Assembly (NCBI GenBank): GCA_951406725.2
Contig: OX597815.1
Coordinates: forward strand, 36,580,001 to 36,644,000
Reading direction: 5' to 3'
Origin: Octopus vulgaris
Taxonomy: Eukaryota
DNA: 64,000 nt
The translations under genes were made by a program, and so were the position numbers. Shown one piece after another: positions 51,959-64,000 of the stretch. Numbering within the stretch: the first letter of the stretch is position 1; each line of letters begins with the position of its first letter. The notes under the pieces are model-generated. The model was not told the DNA's origin and searched no databases. It saw only the letters and a list, made by a program, of their open reading frames with translations.

Positions 51959-52423
51959 CAGTGGTTTCCTGTATGGAGTGGTGCACCATAGATTTTCAAA
52001 AATATAATTTCAGCCTTTAGAAACTTCATACTAATGCTTGAGTGTTTAGAAGAATGTGTTAACCCTTTAGCATTTAAATCAGCCATAACCAGTTCAATTA
52101 TTCTACTTGTTTATAGTCAAACTGACTAGAACCAGCCTCTTACAACTATCCAAATGTGTCATTTTCTCAAAGCTACAATATAATTCATGATTAATCCGAA
52201 AAAAACAATGTGTAAAAATAAGCACTACATGTGACTGAGTCATCTGAATGCTAAAGAGTTAAAGGCATGTTGTAGTTTTTTTTTATTTAAATATTTTTCT
52301 TTAAAATTTTAAATTTTGCCTGCAGAGTGAGCCAGCAATTTTTAACCTTCATGTGAAGTGTGCCAGTAAATGTTTTGTTTGATTTCCAGTATACCGTGAA
52401 AACAAAAATATTGAAAAGCACTG
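51959..52423. mobile_element. hAT-like MITE containing a piggyBac-like MITE (52063-52258)
   Basis: CAGTGGTTTC...AAAAGCACTG termini; inner TTAA|CCCTTTAGCATT...AATGCTAAAGAG|TTAA. Confidence 0.55.
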
Positions 52424-53441
52424 CTTTATACAATCACCACCCCCATAATACAATACAGCTTACATAATAAAGTAACGCGGTACATACATAACCAAACATA
52501 ACCAACACCTATAAGATATCTCATGCACCACTACAAACTGACACACTCCATGTCGTAAACAATACTCTACACACTTGTTGCCCCCTCCTTATATAACACA
52601 ATGTATACAACATGTAATACAATCACCACCCAACAAATAAACACAGTTCACATTACATATATAAACCACGGAAGATACAACACAGTTTTAACATAAGAAA
52701 CAGCAAAATAATACTAGCAACACAATGAAGCAGATGTAGCATACAAAAGACAATATCGAACACATATTTTAGAATTACAGTAGAAACATTGTATGAAGCT
52801 TAACAACATAATATAATAATTGTTCTTGGCTAACTGGCTTCCGTGCCGGTGGCATGTAGGAGGCACCATTTGAGCGGGATCATTACCAGCTTCGCCTTAC
52901 TGGCACCTGTGCTGTTGGCATGTGTAAAAAATTCGAGCGAGGTCGTCGCCAGTACCGCCTGACTGGCCCATGTGTAAAAATTCGAGCGAGGTCGTTGCCA
53001 GTACTACCTGACTGGCCCCCGTGCTGGTGACACATAAAAGCACCCACTACACTCTCGGAATGGTTGGCGTTAGGAAGGACATCCAGCTGTAGAAACTCTG
53101 CCAGATTAAGACTGGAGTTTGGTGCGGCCATCTGGTTCACCAGCCCACAATCAAACCGTCCAACCCATGCTAGCATGGAAAGCGGACGTTAAATGACGAT
53201 GATAATGATAGGCACAGGGCCACAAGTATGGGAGACGGTGTTTACTGATTAAATCAACTGCAGTATGTGACTGGTACTTATTTTTATTGGCCTCCAACAC
53301 GATGAAAGGCAAAGTAGATTTTGACAAGATTTGAACCAAGACTGCAAAGTGCCATAACTAGATGCTGCCAAGTATTGCATCTCACACTTTACCATCTCTG
53401 CTACTCCACCAACTTAAAACAGTTTCTAATTTAGGCACAAG

Positions 53442-54126
53442 CAGTGGCGACACGTGTATAGGCACTGCGGATCTGCAGCACCCCCCTTTTTCTACTTGAT
53501 ATTATCAATAACATTCAATATAATGAGTCCTTTTTTTCTTTAATTCTTTCTTTATACTTGTACATTATATAATCCTTAAGCTTAATGTCAGTAGCCATCC
53601 CCTAGTTTATGAAAAAAATACAAAAATCCTTGTACAGAACTGCATGCGTCACAGTTCCAGCGATGCAGTGTTTGGCTGTTGTGTGCATGCTCACATGTTC
53701 GAGATAGGAAGCTTCACACTAGGGAGAAAGAGCATTGTGTGAATGACAGTGCTGACTCGTGTGTTCTGGTAAAGGATAGTGTTTCTTTTTGACACTGCGT
53801 GTATCGTGCTTAAAAATGTGTGCATATTCTTGAATGTGATAGAGTGTAGAATTAGATTATTATCCTGCTTCCAGCTTCAGTGTTGCTGCCATGATTTGAA
53901 AATTAGGGCACATTTCTCCCACTTATTTTGTGATTTAGGGGGTATTTTTGAAAAACAAGGGGGAATTCACGGTGGGGTTCAGTGAACAAATTAAACACAC
54001 TACCCGATCAAGTTTACATATAAATTTTCTTTATATATGTTTGTTTCCTTTAACACAATATTAAAACAATGGCTAAAAATTTTCTGAAGCAGTAACCCCA
54101 CTAATTTTATCTACAAGACACCACTA
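53442..54126. mobile_element. Non-autonomous hAT-like element
   Basis: CAGTGGCG...CACCACTA termini; 8-bp TSD GGCACAAG/GGTACAAG. Confidence 0.7.
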
Positions 54127-54339
54127 GGTACAAGGCAAGAATTTTGAGGAGAGGGTCTGGTTGATGAGATCAATTCTATTATTTGATCCCCAAAAATATG
54201 GAAGGTAAAGTTGACCTTGGAAGGATTTGAATTCAGACATAAAGGCCAGAACAAACATCAAAGCATTTTTGTCTAATACTCTAATGATTCTACCATTCCA
54301 CCACCCTAATAATAATAATAATAATGATAATAATAATTG

Positions 54340-54905
54340 AGAGTGTTCATGAATTCTGAACAAGAACAGCTAACGAGAGAGAAGAAACCCTACTCCGTAT
54401 GGAATTACATGGTCAGTTCCAAGCGAAACCAATAAATTTAATGACCAGGAAGGTGGCTCAACAAGGGTGGTCTAAAAAAGAATACAGAAAGCCTAATCAT
54501 CACGGCCCAGGACCAGGCATTGAATACCAACTCAGTGAAAAAGAATATATACCACACAAGTGCATCAGACCTCTGCAGAATGTGTGGGAAGAGGGTTGAA
54601 AATGTGACTCACATTGTTAGTGCTTGTGAAAGTCTTGCACAGAAAGAGTACGAGCATAGCCCAAAACCTCCACTGGCTACTATGCTGTAAGTATGGATAT
54701 GAGGTTACGGGTGCTTGGTACCAACATACTCCAGAAAAGGTAATGGACGAAAAGGGGAAGGCAAAAATCCTCTGGAACTTTGATTTCCAGATAAAATGTC
54801 AGAGCACTGAAAGCCGGACATAGTAACCATTAGGAGGGACAAACAAGAGTGCCTGATAATGGATGTAGCAGTGCCAGAAGATCAACACATCATCATGAAA
54901 GAAGG
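54340..54905 (+). mobile_element. R4/Dong-like (restriction-like endonuclease) non-LTR retroelement fragment
   Basis: AQDQALNTN, CRMCG..VTHIVSAC zinc knuckle, LHWLLC, ILWNFDFQ, PDIV..CLIMDVAVP; adjacent (TAA)n. Confidence 0.75.
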
Positions 54906-54961
54906 ACAATATATATAAAAATAAAGGGAATATAAATATGGAATATATATGTATGTATATA

Positions 54962-55523
54962 CAGGGTGTGGTGAATAAACTGTCATCTAAATTACGTAAA
55001 AAGGAAAAAAAAAATACTGACATCTCATTTTAACAGATATATTTACCAAAATTACATAAAAATATCTTGAAATACTAAGGAATAAATATATTCAATAAAA
55101 TCGCCATTGGCTTCAACCACAGCCTCCAGACGACCTAAGGCAGCACTACCTCCTCCAGGCACTTGATGTAGGCTTCCATGTTGAGTGTGAGGCCGTGCGG
55201 GAAGATGATTGGAGGCATAATGTTACAAAAATTACTGACCACTCCCGACACCATGATGTTTGATTTTTATCACCCTTAGTACGTGTCCTCAGATTGACAC
55301 CCAAACACTCTGAAATGTTCGTATTGGAGCTTCTGGCACAAACGCCAACCAGTACAACATGTTTTTTACAAATTTCTGTCAGAGTGAATTGTGTCATGGC
55401 ATTGTTTTTCTCACAGATGGTGCCCAACAGACCCTACAATACTGTGTAGTTGACAAAATCAAAAACAATGCGCAAGCGTGAAGTTAAAAGTATAAAATGG
55501 TGATAATTTACCCCTCGCACCCT

Positions 55524-55524
<1 letters not shown>
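54962..55524 (-). mobile_element. Internally deleted maT copy retaining both ends
   Basis: CAGGGTG...CACCCTG termini; homologous to 6185-7315; 5' fragment also at about 15655-15883. Confidence 0.8.
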
Positions 55525-55562
<38 letters not shown>

Positions 55563-55751
55563 TATATGTACATATACACATACAGGGTGGGAGGGGTAAA
55601 AATAAGAAATAAGTGGAAATTTTACCAGTGAGTGTGTTACATTATAAGGCACAAAAAGAAAATGACTCGCCCCAGACACAACAGAATATGCTTTGCAAAC
55701 CAAATCCAAAAACGAAACACATATATATATATATATATATATAAAGTAAAA

Positions 55752-56520
55752 AGCATGATCATTTTTTAGACTACTGAGTTTGCGTTAGAGTACCCTACTA
55801 CACTGATCATCATCGCACATATTTCCTTCAGGAAATGAAGACTTTTCATCCTCAAAGAGTCCATGAACATTTCAGGCTGGAGGAGATGAAAAGGGGCTTG
55901 CAAGTTGTTCAAATACAGTATTTAGTAAAAATGGAAAATTATTCTTATAAGCAGTCTGGAGGTCTCTTGAGGTGGTGGGGTGACTTTTTTCTGTTCTTAC
56001 TATTTGGCAGTTGTCTTCACTTTCTGGCAGTTTTCATCTTGCTCTTTCTTCATTTTGTCACCCACATCACAAGATGAAGGGATAATGATGTTGGTAGAAT
56101 TCAGTGTTTTAAAGAGTGACTTGAAAACAAGGTCTCAAATTTAGGAGAGAAGGAATAGCTAATTATATTGACATAATTGTAGTTAAGACACCTGTGCCGG
56201 TGACACGTAAAAAGCACCGTCCGAATGTGGCAGATGCCAGCGCCGCCTGACTGGCGTCCATGTTGGTGACACGTAAAAGCACCAACTGTTGCTTGTTGCT
56301 CTTTTTCTTTCTATAACTTTTGAAATTTTGGGGGCAGAAAGACCTCAAGTGGCTCTTCCTGTCACAAGTATAACAGCTGGGCTCTCAACTTTTAGCCTTA
56401 CTGGTTGAGTTTTTGAATCCATAACTGAGCAAAACTTTGGAACGATCAAGTGCGAGATGATGATCAGTGTAGTAGGGTACTCTGACGTAAACTCAGTGGT
56501 CTAAAAAAAACGATCATACT
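55752..56520. mobile_element. Unclassified element with ~67-bp terminal inverted repeats
   Basis: 55752-55818 is the imperfect reverse complement of 56450-56520. Confidence 0.55.
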
Positions 56521-56629
56521 GTTAACTAACTCCATATATATTCAATTCCCGAGCGTTATACTAATACATCTGTTTGTTTTCTACACCGCCTGTCTTCGTC
56601 TTTTGTTTTTTTCGTGAATTCTTCCCTAT

Positions 56630-56674
<45 letters not shown>

Positions 56675-57284
56675 CACACAGTAGTACCTCAGTTTTCTAA
56701 CAACTCATACCCCATTTCCCAACCACGTCATTCTTCATGGTCTTTGCATTTACTATCCAGCTTTATTGTGCCACATGGTCACAACAAGCCAAGTATCAAT
56801 GTCACTAGCAACACTCTCAACTAGACAGTTGCATTGTGTTGCATTGACCCAACTATAGGTGGGTGTGCATCAAACTATTTCAACCTGATACTACCTATTT
56901 GCTTTTTCTTTACTCAATGGGTAGGATGCTGTGTCACATGTCAGGGAGTGTTTCTTTTAACAGATTCTTTTTTTTAGGAGGCATACAAAAAGTCCCGCCT
57001 TGTGAAGCAGAAGAACATCAGATCTCTCTTTACCCACTCTTGGGTAAAAGCCTTGCCTAAGAAGATGGAGTCCTTTGTGACATACCTCTGTCATTGCTTT
57101 TGTCCAGAATATCTTTCTTTGATGTGGCACTTGCAAATATGTGTAGAAAGCAGTGTGTTGTGATTACCTTTGTTGTTAAGTGAGTAATTAATAGCACAAT
57201 CATTCATGCTAAAAGCACATTCATATTAAACAAATCAGAGTACAACACATACAAATGAAAGAAATAGTTAAGAAGGAATATTAA

Positions 57285-57819
57285 CCCTTTAGCATTCAAA
57301 ACAGCCATATCTGGCCCAAATATTCTCCCTGTTTTATGTTCAAACTGGCCAGATCCAACCTCCCACACCTATCATACAATGTCATTCTAAAAGTTGGGCA
57401 AGTGTCTTCTGCTCTAGCCCCGAGCCGACCAATGCCTTGTGAGTGGATTTGGTAGACGGAAACTGAAAGAAGCCTGTCGTATATACGTATATATATATGT
57501 ATGTGTGTGTGTTTGTGTGTCTGTGTTTGTCCCCCTAGCATTGCTTGACAACCGATGCTGGTGTGTTTACGTCCCCGTCACTTAGCGGTTCAGCAAAAGA
57601 GACCGATAGAATAAGTGCTAAGCTTACAAAGAATAAGTCGTGGGGTTGATTTGCTCGACTAAAGGCGGTGCTCCAGCATGGCCACAGTCAAATGATTGAA
57701 ACAAGTAAAAGAGATCAACATCATTGAAATTTAAAAGCCACAAGATAATGCATAATTAATTCAAAATAACATTGATAAATAAACATTACATTTGACAGAG
57801 AAATCTGAATGCAAGAGGG
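57285..57819. mobile_element. piggyBac-like MITE with a SINE inserted
   Basis: TTAA TSDs; CCCTTTAGCATT...AATGCAAGAGGG TIRs; related copy at about 17295-17513. Confidence 0.75.
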
Positions 57820-58519
57820 TTAAAGATGTGTTAGACTAATATTCAAAACAGAACTAAATGCAACAAATAATATTGTAGCTGGTCCAGTAGTAGGTAGTAG
57901 CTATATTCTCAGGTGGATGCTAATTGAACTAGCAAGTTTAGTTAAGAAAAACAATGGCTGTATTATTTAATACACCACCCAAAATCTGACATAGAAAGAT
58001 TATACCTAGCACAAATACAGAAAGGTAGGAGGAATAGACAACAAGGAAACTATATTATCAACTATTCACTGTAGGACCAAAAAAAAAATCTAGTAAAGAA
58101 TAATTGAAAACTAATAGAAATAGCTGCAGCTCCCACCCCACTAAAAAAAATACTGTTTTCTGTCTTCAAGAAAACTAACAAATACAAAATAGAAAGTTGA
58201 GAGAAGTGATAAATAACAGAAAATGTCAAGAAGATAAAAAGAAGTTAGAAATGGGGCATGTTAAAGCAGTGGAAAGAAAAGTCCCTAACATGGTCAATAC
58301 CCCCCAAAAAAAAGTAAACAGAGAAAAGTAATAGAGAAAAACAGCAGTACCTGTTTAGAATGGAATGAAATGATTTGGCACAGGTGACTGGACATTCAGC
58401 CAGTTTTGGCGCTGGAGGTAAACACATGCATGTGTGCACAGAAATATACACATACAGATAGGAGTGAGAGACAGAAAGGAAAGAATGAGAGAAACATTAA
58501 AAGGTCTGATGCCAAATAA

Positions 58520-59120
58520 GTCAGTGCCAAAACATCTCATACCCTGCTGAGAAGTGCAAGACTCAAAACTGAGACTGAAAGATTACTGATTGCAGAATAG
58601 GATCAAATTCTCATCAGAAACACCCAAAACATGCGATGAAGTAGAATATATTAACTGCAGAATATGTGGTGATTGGGAAGAAACAGTGAACATAATGTCT
58701 CTAGCTACCGAGACCCAGTCAATCAAGACATCTACAAGCATGAAAAAGATGGGGCAGCATTATGAAATACCATCAGAAAAGAGGTTGTGTAGGTTTACAG
58801 TAGAAGGGGGGTTCTAAAGGAATGACAAGGCGATCATACTCTGGGATCTGTCAATCTACGCACACAGAGAAATTATGGTTAATAGGGCAGACATTGTTAT
58901 CAAAGACCACTTGGGAAGGAAGTTCAAAATCGAACAACCAGCAAAAAATTTTAAGAAAAAAGTATCTCTCAAAAGAAATCAAGTATAAAACTTTGAACGA
59001 ACAATTCCAATAATAAAATGTACCTTGGGGATAGTTAAAAGACAAATCTATAACTAAGACAATCGCGATTTACAATTACGTGTAATATACAGAAAGTAGA
59101 ACCATTAAGCACTGTATACA
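58520..59120 (+). mobile_element. Decayed R4/Dong-like fragment
   Basis: CRICGDWEETVNI, ILWDLSI...NRADIVIKD. Confidence 0.6.
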
Positions 59121-59516
59121 TTAGTTTGATAACTGTCAATAAAGTACAAACCAAAACAGCATGTACACAAGGCCCACAGTAATGCAATGAAAATATGTAA
59201 CAAAAATAACACTGAACAATAACAATCGTGATTGGTACATATTCGGGTGACCCGGAAGGATGAAAAGTAAGTCGTTCCCAGTTGGATTGGAACTCAAAAC
59301 AGTGGGCTTTTTTCTTTTTTTTTATTCAGACGTCTAAAAAAATATCTCGCTACAGACTGCACCATTTAAGTCAATAAAGAAATTACTTTTTTTTAACTTT
59401 CTAACTACTTTTCTCTCTTACTCGCTATGTAATTTATTTAAATTTAGACTGAGTGCCCATGACCTTTGCAAATCCTTCCACACTGTGAGATCGATGCAGT
59501 TGATATGCTTGTATTT

Positions 59517-59573
<57 letters not shown>

Positions 59574-60064
59574 ATGTGTGTGTGTATATATATATAATAT
59601 ATATATATACATATATATATATCATACACAGGATATACCAAAGCGGTTTAATTTACCCACCTACCTCCAACGACATTTTAGAGACGCAAAATGTAACTTG
59701 CTGTCAACAATAGCGTGGGATAGAAGACATGCCTCAGGTGTCTCCATAGCAATCTATTCTCAAGTAAGGAGATTACACACAAGTTCTGCTGTCAATTTAA
59801 TCTCACATGAACATACAAAACATCTGAGTATACAAACGAATACACCATACATATTTATACACAAATTATAGCACACACGTATAAACTTAAGCGCATGCCG
59901 CGTACAAACGCATATACGTGCACGCGAAAAAACAAAACAAAAATTAATTAAAATAGTAGTAATAATAATAATAATAATGATTTCTTTTATAATAATAAAA
60001 GTAAAAAGATTGCGCAGTAAAAAGTAACATGGAATGAAAGCTGTTGTGCAAAGCCTAATTTTAC

Positions 60065-60191
60065 CTTTAACTTTGTCCAATTTATGAAGGAATAATGATG
60101 ATCGTTATAATGATTGCTTCGGTTCCTTTTGCATATATGCGATGAAGAAGACATATCTATGCTAGGCAGTCTTCGGTTTAATAGAACTGTT
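60065..60191 (-). other. Candidate KRIT1 5'UTR exon
   Basis: Strong acceptor tctattccttctcttccag| and donor AAG|GTAAAA in apparently non-repetitive sequence upstream of exon 1; no transcript evidence. Confidence 0.4.
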
Positions 60192-61452
60192 CTGGAAGAG
60201 AAGGAATAGAAGGATAAACAAAATATTCATAGTTCAATATAGTTACTTTATACAGTATACATTCGTGCGTGCAGATGTTCATATGAGGAAACTACTTATG
60301 TAATTTATCTGTACAGAGGTATGATATAACTTTTGACACTATACACACCTTATGAAAAGAGTAAACTTAACAAGTGTCATATAAGGAAAAGGACAACTTT
60401 TACTATGTAAATATAATGTGTTCTACAGTTGTGAGTTCCCCTTAAAAAAAAAAACCAAAACTAGAACCACATTTTAAAGCTAAGTGCTCAAAACACAGAG
60501 TGGACATACTTATTAAAATAATGTAGAATGCAGGTTAAAGACTTACACATTCTATTTGTACGAAGTCGTTTACAGAAATGTGATGTAATTAATCACCTGG
60601 TCAAGTTACGTGTGTGTGTATATATTATACATACATCGAATACACAATATATAAACGGAGAATACATTTATATTTTAATGTTACAATCATGTCATATAGT
60701 AGGCTTTCAAGTTAGAATTTTCTTTAGCAGTAACTTTAAAAGCTTTCTGGTCCTCCACTAAATGTATTTAAATTCGTAAACTATTGTTTAAAGAGTAAAT
60801 AGTTTTTAACCAACAAGTGCTATCTATTAATGATGAAAAGTACCATAAAAACTATACCCACCTCCAATAAAAACTAAAAAACACAACCAATAAATGAAAT
60901 ACTTACATATGAAAGACATACAACGAGAACAATAAACCATTGTGTAGTATAAGACAATAATTATACACCAAATATAGATTTATATATTCATACAGATGCC
61001 CATTAAGTAAGGTCACCAACAATCAGAAAAGTTTTACTTTTCTTATGAAATGACAGGCCAAACTTTTCTTGAAAACATGCTTTTTCGAAGCCGTCTTTTC
61101 GTAAACATTAATTAACGCCAACAAATTTATCTCTATCTATAATATAATTATAATTACAAACAGTGTAACATTAACGACAATAACAACAGTTAATATCATT
61201 AACAATCCTAGTTATTTTCTCATTTCACTATTATTTATTTTTATTTTTATTTATTTATGATTTGCTGTTTCTTTTTAGCCCAAGTCATTCCTCATCCAGC
61301 AGACCTATGATCAAAGGTATTCCAACAGTGAGCATCCAGTCTTTTTAAGAGTAACTTGATCGGCATGTATAGTGTTCTTTTTTCATAATTCTTTTTCTGG
61401 ATGATGGTAGGGTGTGGGGTTTAAGAGACATTGGGCAGCAACTTTTAATTGA

Positions 61453-61463
61453 TACGCGCGCGC

Positions 61464-61494
<31 letters not shown>

Positions 61495-61522
61495 CATGTA
61501 TGTATGTATATGTGCGCACGCG

Positions 61523-61568
<46 letters not shown>

Positions 61569-61599
61569 TAAATGTATTTTTTATATCTATCTATCTTTA

Positions 61600-61651
<52 letters not shown>

Positions 61652-61660
61652 TATATATAA
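61453..61660. repeat. Compound (CG)(TG)(TA) microsatellite
   Basis: Direct reading; similar arrays at about 59518-59622 and 50628-50664. Confidence 0.95.
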
Positions 61661-62079
61661 ATACATTCATTACATTAAGGGCTATTACTAATGGAAAAAT
61701 TATATACTTTGGGTGTTAGGAAGGGCATCCAGCTGTAGAAACACTGCCAGATCAGACTAGGCCTGGTGCAGCCTCCTGGCTTCCCAGACCACGGTTGAAC
61801 CGTCCAACCCGTGCTAGCATGAAAAGCGGACGTAAAACGATGATGACGATGATGATGATTAATTTTTTTCACAAACTGGTTTTCACGCAGGCTACTTGAT
61901 AAATTCTCATATAGATTTTATCACTATATATTTTATTTAAATAAGTCTATATGTATGTATGTATCTCTCTCCCCACCTCTCTCTCTACATATATAGGTAG
62001 ATAGCTAGATAGATCGGTGAAGCACCAGCGTGACCACAGCTTTAAAGCTGAAGGAATTTAATGTACTCATCAATTCTCT

Positions 62080-62115
<36 letters not shown>

Positions 62116-62149
62116 ATATATCTATATATATATATATATATATAATAAT

Positions 62150-62503
62150 AAATATTAGGGAATAAATCCAAATTTACAGGGAAAAATCAGATTTAGGATT
62201 AAATCCAATTTTATAGTAAAATATTATATAATATAATTCGAGACAAAACCACTATTTTGCAAAACAAACAAGGAAAGACTTAATCAATACATAAAAATTT
62301 TTAATATAAAGAAATAAACCGCCACTACAATCGTTTCATGTCTTCAATGACATTCGTCAGGTGGATTTTCGATCTCCTAATCTGTTTTAATTTATGTTTT
62401 AAATTATGAAGTAGTGGCGGTTTATTTCTTTATATTAAAAATTTTTATGTATTGATTAAGTCTTTCCTTGTTTGTTTTGCAAAATAGTGGTTTTGTCTCG
62501 AAT

Positions 62504-62514
<11 letters not shown>
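62150..62514 (-). mobile_element. Penelope-like pseudo-LTR with inverted partial copy, in (TA)n
   Basis: Perfect 104-bp inverted arms 62225-62328 / 62411-62514; hammerhead in the loop; TA microsatellite on both flanks. Confidence 0.7.
62322..62364 (-). ncRNA. Minimal type I hammerhead ribozyme (Penelope-type), intact core
   Basis: CCAC-CUGACGA-AUGUC(auugaa)GACAU-GAA-AC(gauu)GU-A-GUGG: stems I, II, III, full core and GUA cleavage triplet. Confidence 0.85.
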
Positions 62515-62540
<26 letters not shown>

Positions 62541-62546
<6 letters not shown>

Positions 62547-62750
62547 ATCCAAACATGAAAACACAATGAGAAAACACAACAACGCGGGGACGTGGAACAA
62601 GTATAGTATTATTGGATGCTCAGGAAAGAAGGAGGGTTTAATGTGTCGAGCGGAGCTCTTTGTCAGAAACATAGGAAAAGGAAATATCCAAAGAAGGGAA
62701 GACGGAGGAAAAAAATCGCCAACGGTACACACGCGGTCACATTTTGAATG
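62541..62750 (-). mobile_element. Second Penelope-like terminal-repeat fragment with decayed hammerhead (62636-62670)
   Basis: GUUU-CUGACaA-A-GAGC(ucc)GCUC-GAcA-CAUU-AAAC; two core substitutions; TA flanks. Confidence 0.55.
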
Positions 62751-63119
62751 ATATATATATCTAGATATCTACATAGGGTAGTAAATTTTTACAAATTTCA
62801 CTACCTGTGGCCTAGCATGTATAAAAAGTCAATAGATGACATATTCAATATAAAATAGTGTACATTTAAACACAAACAGAAATATAATAGGCAATTCCCA
62901 CACGCTAGGAGACAGTCAAAACGACCAAAAACCACAAAAATTTAAGCAATTTTAAAAAGAATGAAAAAATAAAAACTTTTACCTTGTTTTTATGGTTATA
63001 CCTATAGGTTTCGGATTTTTTTAGTAAATAAAAATAATTTACTAGGCAAATCCTCATCACTAACCGAGCCATCCAAGATTAACCTACAATTATGAGACCA
63101 ATAGCACGTGTCTCATCTT

Positions 63120-64000
63120 TATATCATTTTATCATTTTTTATCATTTTATCTAGTTTCAGCTCACAAGCTGTGGCCATGCTGGGGCACCGCCATTCGGTG
63201 TTGCTACATGATTTTACTTCACAAATGCTTTTTAGCAATTGACATTTGGTGCATGAGAGAGTTTGATGCAGCTGCCTTCATCTGCACCTCCTGCCATGAA
63301 GTTGGTTCATCTGGGACACCTGACAGGAAGAGGTCCAGCTTTATTTTAAAGACATCTGCATCCACCCCATGCAGGTCTCTCGGGTCCTTCAGGAGGATAT
63401 TGAAGAGCTGTGGACCTCTGAAGCCCAGGCTATCACAGTATCTTGTCCTACATCTTAATGGCATATTTGGAGTCCTTGGCACTATGCAGTGGCGCCCAGT
63501 TCTAGTATTTGTGTAACTCTCGATGCCAAAGTTTGGGACAAGTCCTTCCAGGATCTTCCAGATGTATATTATGGCATATCTTTCTTGCCTACACTCTTAG
63601 GAATAGAGTCTTAATCTCTTGAGTCTTTCCCAATAGCTTATATGCTGCACAGAGGCTATCTTCTTCATGTAGCTTCGTTGGATCGCCTCAAGTTCTGTGA
63701 TTAATTTGACACTGGTTGGTGACCATAGCTGAGAGCAATAGTCAAAGTGGCTTAGGACAAGTGTCCTTCAGAGGACCATCATGGTTTCCTGGTCTCTTGT
63801 TCTAAAAGCTCTAAGAATCCATCTGGTCAGCTGCCTACATTTCATTGCCAATTTAGCAACATGCACATGAAAGGTTGCATCATTACTCTTGTAAATACCC
63901 AGGTCCCGCACTGATTGTGCCTCTGGGATTGCAATCCCTCCAGGTCCAGTGTATTTATTGGGTATTGCATTTAGTTTTGCATGCTGATAGCATAAAGCTT
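63120..64000 (-). mobile_element. CR1/L2-like LINE, 3' end of ORF2 plus 3'UTR (runs off the window)
   Basis: RYCDSLGFRGPQLFNILLKD...FKIKLDLFLSGVPDEP; tail GGCGGTGCCCCAGCATGGCC..(ATGATAAA)n. Confidence 0.8.

Overview
AT-rich, microsatellite-dense eukaryotic DNA; the repeat families suggest an octopus/coleoid cephalopod (inference). One protein-coding gene can be fully reconstructed on the minus strand: a KRIT1/CCM1 orthologue with 16 coding exons (50195 down to 22939), all GT-AG and phase-consistent, 2187 nt, 728 aa, with Nudix-like, NPxF, ankyrin and FERM regions. The rest is nested mobile DNA: RTE, CR1-like and R4/Dong-like LINE remnants, a decayed Penelope-like RT/GIY-YIG ORF, two tRNA-derived SINE families, DD37D (maT) and mariner transposase fossils, and hAT, piggyBac and Merlin-like MITEs. 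The most notable signal is a set of about 8 minimal hammerhead-ribozyme motifs from several Penelope-type terminal-repeat families. One has an intact canonical core inside a perfect 104-bp inverted repeat (62.3 kb), one has a compensatory U3:A8 core (8.0 kb), and one lies downstream of a tRNA-like head (8.9-9.1 kb). All calls come from manual reading; human KRIT1 comparisons are from memory and no database search was run.
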